DNA from: Chiloscyllium plagiosum | Lineage: Eukaryota | Assembly: GCF_004010195.1 (NCBI RefSeq) | Contig: NC_057754.1 | Location: 5,038,220 to 5,102,219, forward strand | DNA length: 64,000 nucleotides | Reading direction: 5' to 3' | In this document: piece by piece, positions 24,670-38,329 of the stretch | Layout of the letters: every line of letters starts with the position of its first letter | Numbering within the stretch: position 1 is the first letter of the stretch | Translations under genes and position numbers: made by a program | The notes under the pieces: model-generated | The model's input: the letters and a program-made list of their open reading frames with translations, nothing else | The model's database searches: none | Told to the model about the DNA's origin: nothing

Positions 24670-25230
24670 CCCTTCCTGCTGCAGTTATACAGGACCTTAG
24701 TGAGGTCACACCTTGAGTACTGTGTGCAGTTTTGGTCTCCTCGTCTGAGGAAGGACATTCTTGCTATTGAGAGAGCAGGCGAAGGTTCACCAGACTGATT
24801 CCTGGGACAGCATGACTGACATGAAAGAAGACTGGATCAACTGGGCTTGTATTCACTGGAATTTCGAAGAATGAGGGTTGATCTCATAGAAACATATCCT
24901 GATGGAACTGGACAGGCTAGACGCAGAACTAGGAGTCACAGTCAGATAATAAAGGGTAAGCCGTTCAGGACTGAGATAAGGAGGAATTTCTTCACTCAGA
25001 GAGCTGTGAACCTGTGGAACTCTCTCCCACAGGAAGCTGTTGGGGCCGGTTCTTTCGATATATTCAAGAGGGAGCTTGACATGGCCCTTGTGGATAAAGA
25101 GATCACCGGGTGCGGAGAGAAAGTGGGAGTGGGATACTGAAATTGCACGATCAGCCGCGATCATCGCGGATGGTGGTGCAGACCCGAAGGGCTGAATGGA
25201 CTACACCTGCACCTGTTTTCTATGTTTTAG
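24670..25230 (+). mobile_element. CR1-like LINE 3' fragment
   Basis: LYRTLVRSHLEYCVQFWSP and RRNFFTQRAVNLWNSLP. Confidence 0.85.
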
Positions 25231-25464
25231 AGCCTTTGCCAGCCCTCTCCCCTCATATCAATGAAGGGAGTCAAACTGCAGCACTCTGATAGTGTGTGAT
25301 AAATCCACTCTACCAGTGAGCTACCTCGAGAAGATGATCCAGGTTACTCACTATGGCTAGGCCAATCAGATCTCCTAAGTAAATGCACAACTGTTTAGTT
25401 TAGCTGATAGACAGCTGAACCCAGTCTAACCAGAGAGTTCTGAGACCAAACTTAGCATGTCACT

Positions 25465-25665
25465 CATATGGAATAAACTGCCAAAGAAAGTGGTGGATGC
25501 AGGCACAGTTACAACGTTTAAAAGACATTTGGATAAGGACATGAATAGGAAATGTTTGGAGGAATATGGGCCAAGTGCAGACAGGTGGGACTAGTTTAAT
25601 TTGGGATTATGTTGGCATAGACTGGTTAGATCAAAGGGTCTGTTTCCATGCTGTATGACTGTATA
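25465..25665 (+). mobile_element. CR1/HER1-like 3' tail
   Basis: TGGAATAAACTGCCA...GGGTCTGTTTCCATGCTGTATGAC. Confidence 0.8.
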
Positions 25666-26559
25666 AACCAAGATCTCCTCAGTAAATGCCATATCCTGGG
25701 TGTGTTACAAAAATATTATGCCCTTGCAATGTCCTGTTAGTTATCACTGCACTGTGGCAGACAGGGATACTACCTTTGGCTTCAGAAGTGTCCTGGCAAA
25801 GGAACATTTCTATTCCCACTCCTATTTCACCTGAAAAGGCCCAGGTATGAACATGTGTGTGTTGAGAGCATCAAAGGCACCATGAAGACAGGACAAGACA
25901 CAAAAGACCTGTCATTATGTTCAGAAATTTCAGTGTTCTTGAGCTCATTCTCCTCATTTAGATGTTTTCATTTCTTTTGACCTGTCAGTGTTGTGCAATG
26001 TACATCCTGATGATTAGAATTCCGGTTCACCCCTCTGAGCTTCAGTTTTCTTATATTGACGCACTGCACCTTGCAGTGACTGCTACTCTATTTGATATGT
26101 GTTCTGCAGTGTGCAGAGTCGGATACTGTTACACCGCCGGGTGCAGGCTCCTGCATAATTCACACTTTTTTTTTAAATGGTGTCTCCCATTCAAATTTTT
26201 GTTTTGTTTTGCTTTGACAGCATCACTGGTTCTATATCAACCAGAGGCATCCCCAGTCATATCACTGCAACCCCCCCTAAATTCCATATCTCCCCAGCCC
26301 CTTCTGATTCCACACCTCAGTTCCCCTACTCCCTAACTGCAGATTTTTACTCTCTGGTTTTGATGCCTACAAGATGCATTCACCTGGATATCAAGTGAGG
26401 ATGGATGTGATGACCTCCATTGGTGAGCAACCTACTTACACTCAGTGAGGCACAAAAAGGCCACTTGGTGTCTTTGGAATCACAGATGAACATGAGTGAG
26501 AACAGGAAAGAATCAGAGACTGCGCAGCAAGATAGAAGGGTAGCTCTCTTCCAGTTTAA

Positions 26560-26900
26560 CACACACCTCTCTCTGGCAAGTGGCCCTGAGTTGAAAGGTT
26601 GTGGTTTCATCTTCCAATCCAGAGAACGCAACATAATCTGGACTGACATTCCGGCAGAGTAGTGAGTGAGGGCAAAACTGGATACTGTCTTTTAGATGAG
26701 ACATTCAACTGAGGCACTATCGTCTTCTCAGGCTATCCTACATCACTACCGAGAAGATGCCAGGGAGTGTCCCAGTTGATATTTATCCTTCCGTCAACAT
26801 CACTTTGAACAGATTCATTATTTCCCTATTGTATAGAGAATGCTGCTGAGCACAAACTGGCTGCGGCATTGCCCACCTTAATGGCTTTTTACTTAATGGA
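26560..26900 (+). mobile_element. Ancient DeuSINE (SacSINE1/AmnSINE1-like) remnant
   Basis: GTCTTTTAGATGAGACATTCAACTGAGGC...ATATTTATCCTTC...AACATCACT resembles the Deu core as recalled. Confidence 0.55.
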
Positions 26901-27114
26901 ATGGTTGCATTCCCCTCCCCCGCACCCCAGTTCCACGTCACACCCCTCCCTCCAATCCTCCTACAGTAAATGACAGAACCCTTAGCAGCATCTGTAAATC
27001 TACAGTTTCCTGAACGTAGCAACACAAGTGGATAAGACAGTCATGGAAACAGACCTTTTGACCAGGCATCCCAACCTGACCCAGTCCCACTTGCCAGCAT
27101 TTGGCTTATATCCC

Positions 27115-27292
27115 CCTACTGGACTCTCAGCTACCTGCCCCCAGCTTCATCCCCCTCTCATTTATTTTCTCCACCCCCCTCAGCTCACAAGCCTCATTTC
27201 TGATGAAAGGCTCTTGCCCAAAACGTTGATTCTCCTGCTCCTGGGATGCTGCCTGACCTGCTGTGCTTTTCCAGCACCACACTCTCAATTCG
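27115..27292 (+). mobile_element. PLE family 1 3' fragment inserted in a CR1 tail (27040-27355, minus strand)
   Basis: TSD ATATCCC at 27108 and 27293; mutated hammerhead, CTGATGA at 27200. Confidence 0.8.
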
Positions 27293-27379
27293 ATATCCCT
27301 CCAGTTCCTTCCGACTCACATATTCATCCAGATGCCTTTTAAATGTTGTACTTGTATCTGCCTTCTGTGCTATATGACT

Positions 27380-27985
27380 CTAAGAAGGCGTATGTTATGC
27401 TTGCCTTCATCAGACAGTGCACAGAGCATAAAAATTGACCAGTTATATTGCAGCTGTATAGAACTTTCGTGAGACTACATTTGGAATATTGTGTACAGTT
27501 CTGGTCATCACGCTACCAGAAATGGTTTACCAGGATGTTGCCTGGTTTGTGGGGTGTTCACTATGAGGAGATTTTGGACAAACACGGTTTGTTTTCACTT
27601 AAATAACAAATGATGAGAGGCGAATGGACAGAAGTTTACAAAATGATGAGAGGCATAGATAGCTGGAATATTTTCCCAGAGTAGAAGTGTTAATTATTAA
27701 GGGACATAGGTTTAAGAGAAAAGGGGATAAGTTTAAAGATGCCAGAGACAAGCTTTTTTGCACAGAGGATGGTAAGTGTCTGGATGAATTGTCAGAGGAG
27801 ATAATGGAGGCAGATACAATAGCAACATTTAAGAGGCATCTTGTCAGATAAATAAATAGGCAAAGAATAGAGGAACATGGACCATATAGATGCAACAAGC
27901 TTTTAGTTTAAAAAGGCGTCATGTGTCAGTGCAGTCTTGGTGGGCCAAAGGGCCTGTTCCTGTGCTGTACTGTTCTTTGTTCTTT
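27380..27985 (+). mobile_element. CR1-like LINE 3' fragment
   Basis: TTGGAATATTGTGTACAGTTCTGGTC; terminus GGGCCTGTTCCTGTGCTGTACTGTTCT. Confidence 0.8.
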
Positions 27986-29088
27986 AATCAGAACAGTGTT
28001 TAACGTGTAAACTCAATTATAACACTCCTCCGCTGGTACATTGTTTTAAACTACTTAAATGGTTATCTAAAATGGAAAAGTTGACTAATTTCCTCCCACG
28101 ATTGAACTCAATTATAATAATTATACATTTTCACCCTACTAAACTGTCAGCCTAAATTAAGTGTCTTAAACAGAAACCGTGAGCATATTAAAACATGTAC
28201 TACACAGAACAGCCACTCAGAATACACACAGTACATGTACCATGGAGGGTCTAGGGATGTTATTGACCCAGAGTAGGACTCAACTCCTCAGATCAAGTCA
28301 AGGTCCTGGAATGCAGAAAATCTATTAATTTTATCAATATGATTAATTGATTGGCAGAGACAAGTTGGACTGAAAGGTGCTATATGACAGTATACATTTG
28401 GACAGGTTTAGAGGGATATGGGTCAGACACAGGCAAATGAGACTAGTTTCATTTGGGAAATGTGGTCAGTATGGATGAGTTGGATTGAAGGGTCTATTTC
28501 TGTGCTGAATGACTCTATAAACATTCTTGTGGAAAGTGAACCTGACAAAGCAGTATTGCTAACAGGCAAATTCAGACAGTTTTTTATCAGAACTCTGAAC
28601 TTGATGAGACAAGTGCTGTTTGTATAGAAATGGCAATGGGCAGATAACCAATAATGCTCTTGTGTTTAATGAGATACTTTACCCAGACAAATATATCAAA
28701 TATATCCTGCATATTGTCAAACAAAACTATTTCCAAAATCTCTCAGCAGAATACTATCCACAACCAAAATCCACTGAAACAGTAAGACAGCTCAAGTTAT
28801 AAAAAGTAGTTCAATATCTATTGAACTAAGGAGACTAAACTAATATACTAAAGAGAAAAAGAACACCAATAACTGCGGATTTGGAAATCAAAAACACAGC
28901 TTGCTGGAAAAGTTCAGCGGAACTGGGAGCAGGTATGGAGAGAAAGCAGAATTAACATTTTGGGTTCAGAACTGATTGTAGCAAGGGAAAAATTGATACG
29001 TGTGCTGAAGGTGGGAGAGGGGAGTAAAGGAACAGTAGAGATGGAACCCAGAGATAGACAGAGAGAGACAGTTGAGTAGACAAAGGAA

Positions 29089-29208
29089 GAAGGGCTTATG
29101 CCCGAAACGTCGATTCTCCTGTTCCTTGGATGCTGCCTGACCTGCTGCGCTTTTCCAGCAACACATTTTCAGCTCTGATCTCCAGCATCTGCAGTCCTCA
29201 CTTTCTCC
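29089..29208 (+). mobile_element. 120-bp PLE family 1 terminus with a perfect 12-bp TSD
   Basis: TAGACAAAGGAA at 29077-29088 and 29209-29220. Confidence 0.9.
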
Positions 29209-30574
29209 TAGACAAAGGAATGGGTAAAGGTCAGCCTTGGAGAAGCAATAGCTGCTAATGGAGACCAACAATGGGTTGGTTGTGGTCACAGCACATCACA
29301 GCAACCCATGTGATGACAAGGCCTGGCGTGTCAGGGTTGGGTAAGGACATAGGAGAAGGTGCTAAGGCCCTAACATGATTGAACTTGATGTTGAGTCCTG
29401 AAGGCTTCAGGATCCCCAAAAGGAAAATGAGTTACAGTTCTTTCAGCTGACGCTGGAGCACTTGCAGCATGCTCGAGCCAGAGATGTTGGCCAGAGAGCA
29501 CAGTGGTGCTTTGAAGTAGCAGGCAATAGGAAACTCGGGGTCATTTTTGCTGACAGAATGTAAGTGCCCTGCAAAGTGGTCACCCAGTTTGCCCAGTGCA
29601 GAGCAGACTACATTGTGAGCAATGAATAAGTAGACCAGGTTGAGTGGAGCACAGGAAAACTACTACATTACGTGGAAGCTGCATCAGGGGCCTTGAAGAG
29701 TGAGGATGAAGAAGGTAAATGAGTAGGTGTTACACCTTCTGCGATTGCATGGGAAGGCGCTTTGGCAGTGTGGGGAGTTGTTGGAAATAGAGAAGGACTG
29801 GGCCAAGGTGTTCCAGACGAAACAGTCACTGTGGAAGGCTGACAAGGGAGGGGAGCGGAATATGTGTCTGGTGATGGTATCCTGCTGGAAGTGACAACTA
29901 ATGATCCTATGGATGTGGATGCTGGTGGGAGAGTAGGTGAGGTTCAGGGGGACCCTACCATTGTAGTGGAAAGGAAGAGAAGGGATGAGGGGCAAAGTGC
30001 ATGAGATGGGTCAGACATGGCTGATGGCCCTGTCAACCATGGTGCTGGAGAATCTTCAGTTGAGGAAGAAAGTGGACATTTCGGAAGCCAGCGACATCGA
30101 ATAGATACAATAGAGAAACTAGGAGAATGGAACAGAGCCTTTATAGGAGGCAGGGTGCGAGGATACATAATCCAAGTAATTTTGGAAGTCAGTGGGTTTG
30201 CAGTGGATATTGGTGGCTAGCCTATCCCCAGAAATGGCAAAAGAGATGTTGAGGAAGGGAAGGGAGGAGTCAGAGATGGATCAGGTGAAGGTGAGAGCAG
30301 GATGGAAATTGGAAGCGAAATTGATAAAATTTTTCAATTTTGGACGAGAGAGGGAAACAGCACCGACTATGTCACTGATGGACTGGAGAAAGAGTGTGGG
30401 TGGGGTCCTGGGTAGGATTGGAACACAGAATTCAATATACCCCACAAAGAGACATAAATAACTGGGGCCCATGGCCACACCTTGGACCTGAGAGGTGTTA
30501 AAGAAGAAGTTGTTCAAAGTTAGGACAAGCTCGACCAGACGGAGGAGGGTGGTGGTGGATGGGACAGTTCAGGC

Positions 30575-30862
30575 CGAACCAGAGGACACAGCTTAAAAAT
30601 ACGGGGTAGACCATTTAGGACAGAGATGAGGAGAAACTTCTTCACCCAGAGAGTGGTGGCTGTGTGGAATGCTCTGCCCCAGAGGGCAGTGGAGGCCCAG
30701 TCTCTGGATTCATTTAAGAAAGAGTTGGATAGTGGAATGAAGGATTATGGAGATAAGGCAGGAACAGGATACTGATTAAGGATGATCAGCCATGATCATA
30801 TTGAATGGTGGTGCAAGCTCGAAGGGCAGAATGGCCTACTCCTGCACCTATTGTCTATTGTT
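30575..30862 (+). mobile_element. Young CR1 3' end inserted in the PLE RT
   Basis: AGAAACTTCTTCACCCAGAGAGTGGTG; CTATTGTCTATTG tail. Confidence 0.85.
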
Positions 30863-33800
30863 TTCAGACCATCCTGATGAGGGATGGACATGTGAAGGGA
30901 CTGCACATCCATGGTGACGTGGAGGCGGGTGGAGACCGCAAACTGGAAATTCTGAAACCGGTGTAAATTGAGAGAGGAATCACAGATGTAAATGGGAAGG
31001 GACTGGACAAGGGAAGGAAAAATAAAGTCAAGGTAGGGAAGAGATTAGTTCTATGGGACAGGAGCAGTCAGAAACAATGGGTCTGCCCGGGCAGTCCTGT
31101 TTGTGGATTTTGAGAAGGAGGTAGAAGCGAGCTGTGCGGGGTTGGGGGACTATGAGCCTGGAGGCTATTGGGGGATAGATGACAGATGAAATGAGATAGT
31201 GACCACAGTGGACACAACAGCCTGGTGTTTCATGGCTGGGTCATGGTCCAGGGGGAGATAGGAGGAGGTGTCTGAAAGCTGGCATTCAGTTACCACAATG
31301 TAGATCTTAGTTCGCACGACAACAGCACCATCCTTGTTGGCAGGCCTCATCACAAAGTTAGGGTTAGATCTGAGAGCAAGGAGTGCAGTCAGTTTAGAGG
31401 AAGATAGGTTGAAATGAGTAAGGGCGCAGAGAAATTGAGGTGACCAATATCACTTCGACAGTTCTTGATGAACAGGTCAAGTGCAGTTAAAAAAACCAGA
31501 GGGAGGTGAGGGCTGTGTGGGACAGGGAGGTGAGGGCTCTTGTCCAAACAAATAGGCATTGAAGCGAAGGGGATGGAAGAACTGTTCAACGTCATGTCAT
31601 GGCAAAATTCATTGAGATGGGGCCACAGAGATAAATCTCTTTAGTGAGTACAGAATGTTCAGCATCAGAAAGAGGAAGGTAGGAAGGACCAGGAGGAAGG
31701 GTTAGGAGAGGGGATGGAGTCAGATGGAAAGGGTCAGGAGAAGGACAGAGGCAGCAAAGACAACGGAGTTTTTAAAGGTAGAGATATAAAATGGATGTAA
31801 ATTAAGGTGAGAAAGGGAAAGAATGGATCCTCCCTACTAAATAACAAGTAAGCAAGACAAGCCTCTACATGTGTGTGTGGGGCAGGGGTGGGTGGAATGT
31901 GAGGAAAGTAGAGAACAGACAAAGTGGTCAGTTTCTGATGTTATTGAAGGCCTCAAGGTTGCAAAATGCCTACATGGAAACGAGATGAATTCCTTGACCT
32001 TGCATTGTGCTTCATTGAAACATGCTCGGGGTTTTGAGAAGGGTGGAACAAGACAGAGTTCCTCCTCCCCAATCACTCCTACTGGAAGCGTATGTGAGCG
32101 GGAATGCTATCAAGCTCCATGTGGCTGATGTCCTGTCTGTGCTCGGAACTTGTGCAGAGGGGTCACTTGGAAGAGTTGCTGGGGAACAGGCAGTAAACAT
32201 TTCCAGTCAATAACCTTTCAACAGCACTCCTAAGCTGAAGGCTAGCAAGCTAAGCCACCAACCACATCAGACATTTTCCCGGAACATCACATACGTCCCC
32301 TCCTTCCTGTGCCCATTGCCTTTTCCTCTTTTGCTGCTAGTGTAACCAGATGCCGGGCAGAGTGTACTGGATTGGTGCAATCAGAGGTGCTGCTGGGAGA
32401 CTGTTCATTGTTTACCTGTAACAACCAGGGAGTTTTTGTCTTCGATGCAAATAAGGATCATAAAAGGAATGTAAATTGGCTGCCAACATGCTGTTACCCA
32501 TTCTACTCAATTTCAAACTCTACCCCCGGTATTTGGGATTTACCTAGTAATATTTTATTGGCTTGGAAAACAACTAATGTAGTAGCTGACTTTAATTTTC
32601 TTTTGCTCATATCAAACTGCACGGTCCATGCTCAGTAATGAGAGTCTCACACTGATTTATGTGCTCTGCTTTAATTCACATCTTTGTTTGGAGACCCGCT
32701 GATGATTAGTCATCTCACACACGCTGGCTTTGTCGTATTTAAAGCCTCAGAGATCCCTCTTGCTGATTAAGTGGGCTTTCTGAAACAGAGAGAACCGAGT
32801 CCTTTAAAGTGCAACAGATACCCAGGGGAATGTTTGCGGGGTAATTTCTCTTGGTTTGCATTCTGTTGCTGTTTCAGAAATCAGAAACTCTAAAGCATTT
32901 AATTCTGCAGTCCACTTTAATTGATGTGCCAAAAAGAAGCAATTGCGGCTGCAAACAAGGTTCATCATTACATATGCAGCTATAAATACATAAAAATCAC
33001 TATTTATACAGTGCTTTTCAGTCTGGGACTTGATGCAAATGTTTTATTCAGGGTGCTAATAAAATACCATGGAGGAACTACATCTATATTGGGTAGTGCC
33101 TTCATTTCAGTCGCCCAAGTATTTACTGATTTAGAGAAAAGTAACTGCTTTGGAAAAGGTGCCTGAATGGAAGAGCTTCATGTTTTGATTGCTTTCATTC
33201 TGTTATCTTAAAATAAAGAAACAACACAGTTATCAAGTAATAGTCAAAACACCTAATCCCATTCTATTTAGCAACAAAACTAACTATGTCCAAGTGACCA
33301 ACACACGTCTTCAAGCAGAATTATACAGCTTTAGAACATAGAACAGTACAATACAGGCCCTTCGGCCCTTGATGTTGTGCCGACATTTTATCCTACTCTA
33401 AGATCAAACTAACCTACATACCCTTCATTATACTATCATCCATGTGCCCATGCAAGAGTCATTTAAATGTCCCTTTTGGCCCAACAATCTTATTTCAAAG
33501 CAGCTGTTTAAACAAGATCTCTCGCAGCAGTTAAATTAGCCACCAAACATTTACATTCTCACTAACAGCTGTTTCCCCACTTTGTAAATTTCTCTGGAGG
33601 GACAGGAATAAGCAAGTCCGATGATGCAATCCTACAAGTGAGGTGGAAAGGCCAGCAAAGGTACTGCAGCGTTGGTGATAGTCAGAATGGGGCAATCAAT
33701 TATTTAGAATTCCACTGTTCCAGGCAACCCTGTTCACTGCAAACCAGCCACAACCTCACCACTCCTAAGCCTTCCCATTTCTACCTTCCACCTCCCCCCA

Positions 33801-34304
33801 GAGATTGTTACATATTCCTGGCCAAACCAGTTTCATTTGGAATCCACTCCCTTACCTCATGATGCAGTATCTGCTGAGACACAGTTGCAACACTTTTCTC
33901 TCCCACCTTGGCAAATTCCCCCCCTTGTCTGACCCCAGAGCTTTTCACCTGGTGCCTCCAGCCCTTTCTCAAGCAGCAACCCAATCTATCACCACCAGTT
34001 TGGAGAGACAACAAACTACATACATTCTCTTCAGTGGGACTCCGCTATCAACTGATCCAGTATTATCCCTCCATGATCTCGTGTCACTCCCTACCTCTGT
34101 AAACCCTTATAACCTTGACTCCCAATTCTGGACTTGTGCACATTCCCAATTTTAATTGTGCTACCATTTAACATTCAATTTGAAACAACCTCTCTTACTC
34201 TAGGCAAATCCAAGGAAGGTGACAATGAATGGACCTTTGCTCTTTAGCACTGATCATGGGAATCCACCCTTAATTAGCATTTGACTTGACTTCTTGTAGA
34301 ATCC

Positions 34305-35148
34305 AGACCTTAATCAGATGGGCCAATGGACTGAGGAGTGGCAGATGGAGCTTAACTTAGATAAATGTTAGATGCTGCATTTTGGTAAGGCAAATCAAGG
34401 TAGGACTTACACACTTAATACTAGGGTTCTAGGGAGAGTTGCCAAACAAAGAGATGTTGGAGTGCAGGTTCACAGTTCCTTGAAAGCGGAGTCACAAGTA
34501 GACAGGGTGGTGAAGAAGGCATTTGGTAGACTTGCCTTTATTGGTCAGTGCATTGAATATAGGAATTGGGAGGTCATGTTGTGGCTGTATAGGACATTGG
34601 TTAATCCTCTTTTGGAATACTGCATTCAAATCGGGTTTCCCATGCTGTAGGAAAGATGTTGCGAAACGTGAAAGGGTGCAGAAAAGATTTACAAGCATGT
34701 TGCCAGAATTGGAGGGTTTGAGCCATAGAGATAGGCTGGGCTATTTTCCCTGGAGTATCAGAGATTATGGGGTGACTTTCTAGAGGCTTATAAAATCATG
34801 AGCGGCAATGGATAGGGTAAATAGCGAAGGTCTTTTTTCCCAGGGTAGAGGAGTCCAAAACGAGAGGGCACAGGTTTAAGGTGAGAGGGAAAAGATTTAA
34901 AAGGGACCGAAGGGCAACCTTTTGACACAGAGGGTGGTGCACATGTGGAACGAGGTGGTATGAAGGCTGGTACAATTTCCAAAATTTAAAATGTGCCTGA
35001 ATGGGCATATGAATAGGAAATGCTTAGTGGGATATGGGCCAAATGCTGGGAAAAATGGGACTAGATTAATTTAGAATACTGTATCTGGTTAGCATGGACA
35101 AGTTGGACTGAAGGGTCTGCTTCCGTGTTGCACACCTCTATGACTTTA
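34305..35148 (+). mobile_element. CR1/HER1-like LINE 3' fragment
   Basis: LHFGKANQGRTYTLN...QVDRVVKKAFG. Confidence 0.88.
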
Positions 35149-35944
35149 TGATGGATCTGGTAAGTATATTTGTGCTCACATGAGATCGACTGAGACTGAA
35201 TTAATTCATATTTGAACACAGCAATGTAGCCATGAATGAACACTTTCTGGCACCAGTACAATATGTTAGCCACAGATATCATTGTGAAGAACGCGGTTTA
35301 TTAAGAGACAGATCACGGCACTCTTCCCTCAAGCTGTACATTACTCAACATCGGCTCTGAATATAATGTAGTGCTTCAATCCACACCCGGTGAAGTCATG
35401 GTAAAGTTACAGACCTTGTATTCACTGGGGGGGGCAGGAGGATAATAATCACGGTGGGAGATTTTAAAAACTCGAGGCCATTTTCACAGCAGCAGAGAAT
35501 TTTCCAGGAATCTAAGGGAGGTGTTCAAAATGATGGAAGTATCGAGAGGTACTGAATTAATAATAGGGCCTGGGATTTATACTCAAAATATAATGAGTGG
35601 AGGAGGAAGATTTTCCATACAATGAAATATAAAACCCATTTGGGCATGGGCCTGTTAAAAACATGACAAATGCAATACTTCTGAGAAAAATGTAGAATAT
35701 TAAGGGAAATGGGATTACTAATATAAAGATACCACAGGCATACATAATGGTATAAAATCCCCTAAGATTCTGGTTTAAGAAAAGCCGATTGCATATTTCC
35801 TATTAGCCAATATGGCTCCTCTAGGCCATACCTGTTGGAATAGTTCCACAGAGGATGAGAAGACTCTAACAATTCACAGCTCCACGGACAGAACAATGGC
35901 ATATCCTGTGGAGAAAACAAAACTTATTCAGGTTTTTAAATGAT

Positions 35945-36262
35945 CATAAAATCACCAATGTGGAAGCAGGCCATTTGGCCCATCAAGTCCACATTGACTC
36001 TCTGAACAGGATTCTGCCCAGGCCCAACCCACCTACCCCATCCCTGTAGCCCTACATTTCCCATGGCTAATCCATCCAGCCTGCACATCCCAGGACACTA
36101 TGGTTAATTTAGTACGGTCAATCCACCCTAACCTACACGTTTTTTGTCTGTGGGAGGAAACCCATACAGACATGGGGAGAATGGGCAAACTCCACACAGT
36201 CACCTGAGGGTGGAATCGAACCCCTGGCATTGTGAGGCAGCAGTGCTAGCCACTGTGCCAAC
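35945..36262 (-). mobile_element. HE1-like SINE
   Basis: Core and head match the family. Confidence 0.8.
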
Positions 36263-36566
36263 AGCGTAGATGGATACAATGACACCGTCCCCAACCCTAA
36301 ACTTGCTTTTAATATTAAACATTAAACTTTGTGAATGAGACAATACTTTGACCTTCCTCTCTGACAAACCTTAACTGGAGGGTTAGAAGAGCTTCGAGAA
36401 AGAAGAGCTTGCATTTTGATTGATACAAAATTGAGAACTCGGATTGGGCAATAAATGCTGGCCAAGCCAGCAGTGCCTACATCCAGTGAACGAGTTGAAA
36501 GCATAAAGATCACCATCACCATAAAGAGCCCAGTAGCATTCGTGACAGAGCAGCAGTGTACATTTG

Positions 36567-36872
36567 TGGGCAGCATGGTGACTCAGTGGTTATCACTGCT
36601 GCCCCACAGCACTAGGGTCCCAGGTTCGATTCCAGCCTCGGACTGTCTGTGTGGAGTTTGAATGTTCTCCCCGTGTCTGCATGGGTTAACCCCCAGGTGC
36701 TCCGGTTTGCTCCCACAGTCCAAAGATGCAGGTCAGGTGAATTGGCCACGCTAAATTGCCCTTAGTGTTAGGTGCATTAGTCAGAGGGAAATGGGTCACT
36801 CTTCAGAGGGTTGGTGTGGACTTGTTGGGCCAAAGGGCCTGTTTCCACACTGTAGAGAATCTAATCTAATCA
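36567..36872 (+). mobile_element. HE1-like SINE
   Basis: B box GGTTCGATTCC, TCTAATCTAATC tail. Confidence 0.85.
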
Positions 36873-37129
36873 TGTTGACTTCAGACCTCCGGGAGTCACA
36901 AATCACCAATCATTATCGACTGAGTCTAAAGGTTCAAGACCCACTCCAGGACTTGAATCACAATTTCAGTGCAGCACTCATGGTTGTCATCTTGCAGGTG
37001 AGACACTGAATAAAGGTCTGCCTTTATGAGGGCAAAATAATCTCAGTCACACTCGCCTGAAAGTATGAACGGAAAGAGAACACAGGTGACAAAATATATA
37101 CAAGGCATGTTTTGAGGAGGAGTACTGAG

Positions 37130-37470
37130 TGTCCATTTGGCCCACTGTGTCTGCTCACCATTCAATGAGCTTAAGCAGGTCTGATACTCAACCCACACTT
37201 TGCTGCCTTTTCTCCTTAACCCTTGAGTCCTTTACTGATTAAAAATGTTCCACTCAGCCTTGACGACATTCAACGACCCAGCCTCAATAGCCCTCTGTGG
37301 TAAAACCAAGTTGACAGATTCACTATCCCTGTCAGAGAAGAGATTCCTCCTCATCTCTGTCTGAAATGAGGTACTCTGATATTTTGTCCTCTGGTCCTAG
37401 ACCCTCCCACAAGAGGAAACAAATCTCTAAGCCTACCCTGTCAAGTCTCTTAAAATTCCTATATGTTTCA
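37130..37470 (-). mobile_element. Old CR1 3' fragment
   Basis: Similar to 6797-7340. Confidence 0.6.
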
Positions 37471-37814
37471 ATAATGTCCCCTGGATCACCTTAGGCAACA
37501 AAATCGATGATGCTGTGTACAGTGGAAACCAAGACAGGGCCACAGAAGGTGGAGAAAGACTAAGGTAAGTTTTTTTTAAATTTAAGATGAAGACTGTGTT
37601 AAGATCATTCGGCTGAGGACAGGTGGATGATGGGCAGTTTGTAAAGTATTGAATAAGGTGGCCATGTCCTGGATGAGTGAATTCTGTACATGTTCAGATG
37701 TTTAACTAGAAGGAAATACTGAATATCAATCAGAGGTAGGAATGGAGGCCTAGCAGAGGGCAAAAATAGGCAGTGGGAACATCAGTCTCGGGTCAGGCAA
37801 CCAAGCATTTTTTA

Positions 37815-38215
37815 AAATTCATTTGTGGGATGTGGGCATTGCTGGCTGGCCAACATTTATTGCCTGTCCCGAGTTACCCTTGAAGAGACTTTGTCACGAT
37901 TGGTACAACTGAATGGTAATTTCAGAGGGCAAATGAAAGACAAACAGGTTGTACGAGTCTGGAGTCACATGTAGGCCAGACCAGGCGAGGATGGCAGATT
38001 TCCTTCCCTGAAGAACATTAGTGAACCAGATGGGTTTTTCCAACAACACAATGTTTTCATGATCATCAGTAGATTCTTAATTTCAGATTTTCTTTATTGA
38101 ATTCAAATTCCACCATCTGCTGTGGAGGGATTCGAACCCAGATCCCCTGAACATTAGCTGAGTTTCTGGATTAATAGTCTCACGATAATACCACAAGGCC
38201 ATCGTCTACCCATCA
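37815..38215 (-). mobile_element. tRNA-derived SINE, second family
   Basis: Minus-strand B box GGGTTCGAATCC near 38130. Confidence 0.8.
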
Positions 38216-38329
38216 CCTTTGGCGTATTGATCAGGGAAAAAAACACATCAGGTAAAGCCAGAACATGCATGCTTTTCAAGCGAGTAAACAAGCTTAATGA
38301 GTCCGAGGTTAGAAATTACAGAATTCAGT

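Larger units (their letters stand above)
28860..31690 (-). mobile_element. Near full-length decayed Penelope-like element (RT, Cys linker, GIY-YIG; Neptune-like)
   Basis: RPANKDGAVVV (PADKG motif), QGVAMGPSYLCLFVG, FPCNRRRCNT, NLVYLIHCSQC; many stops and frameshifts. Confidence 0.85.

Noticed and set aside
37495..37564. Plus-strand exon candidate with a GTAAGT donor
   Set aside because: Poor acceptor, and the body resembles a CR1 TKIGG remnant
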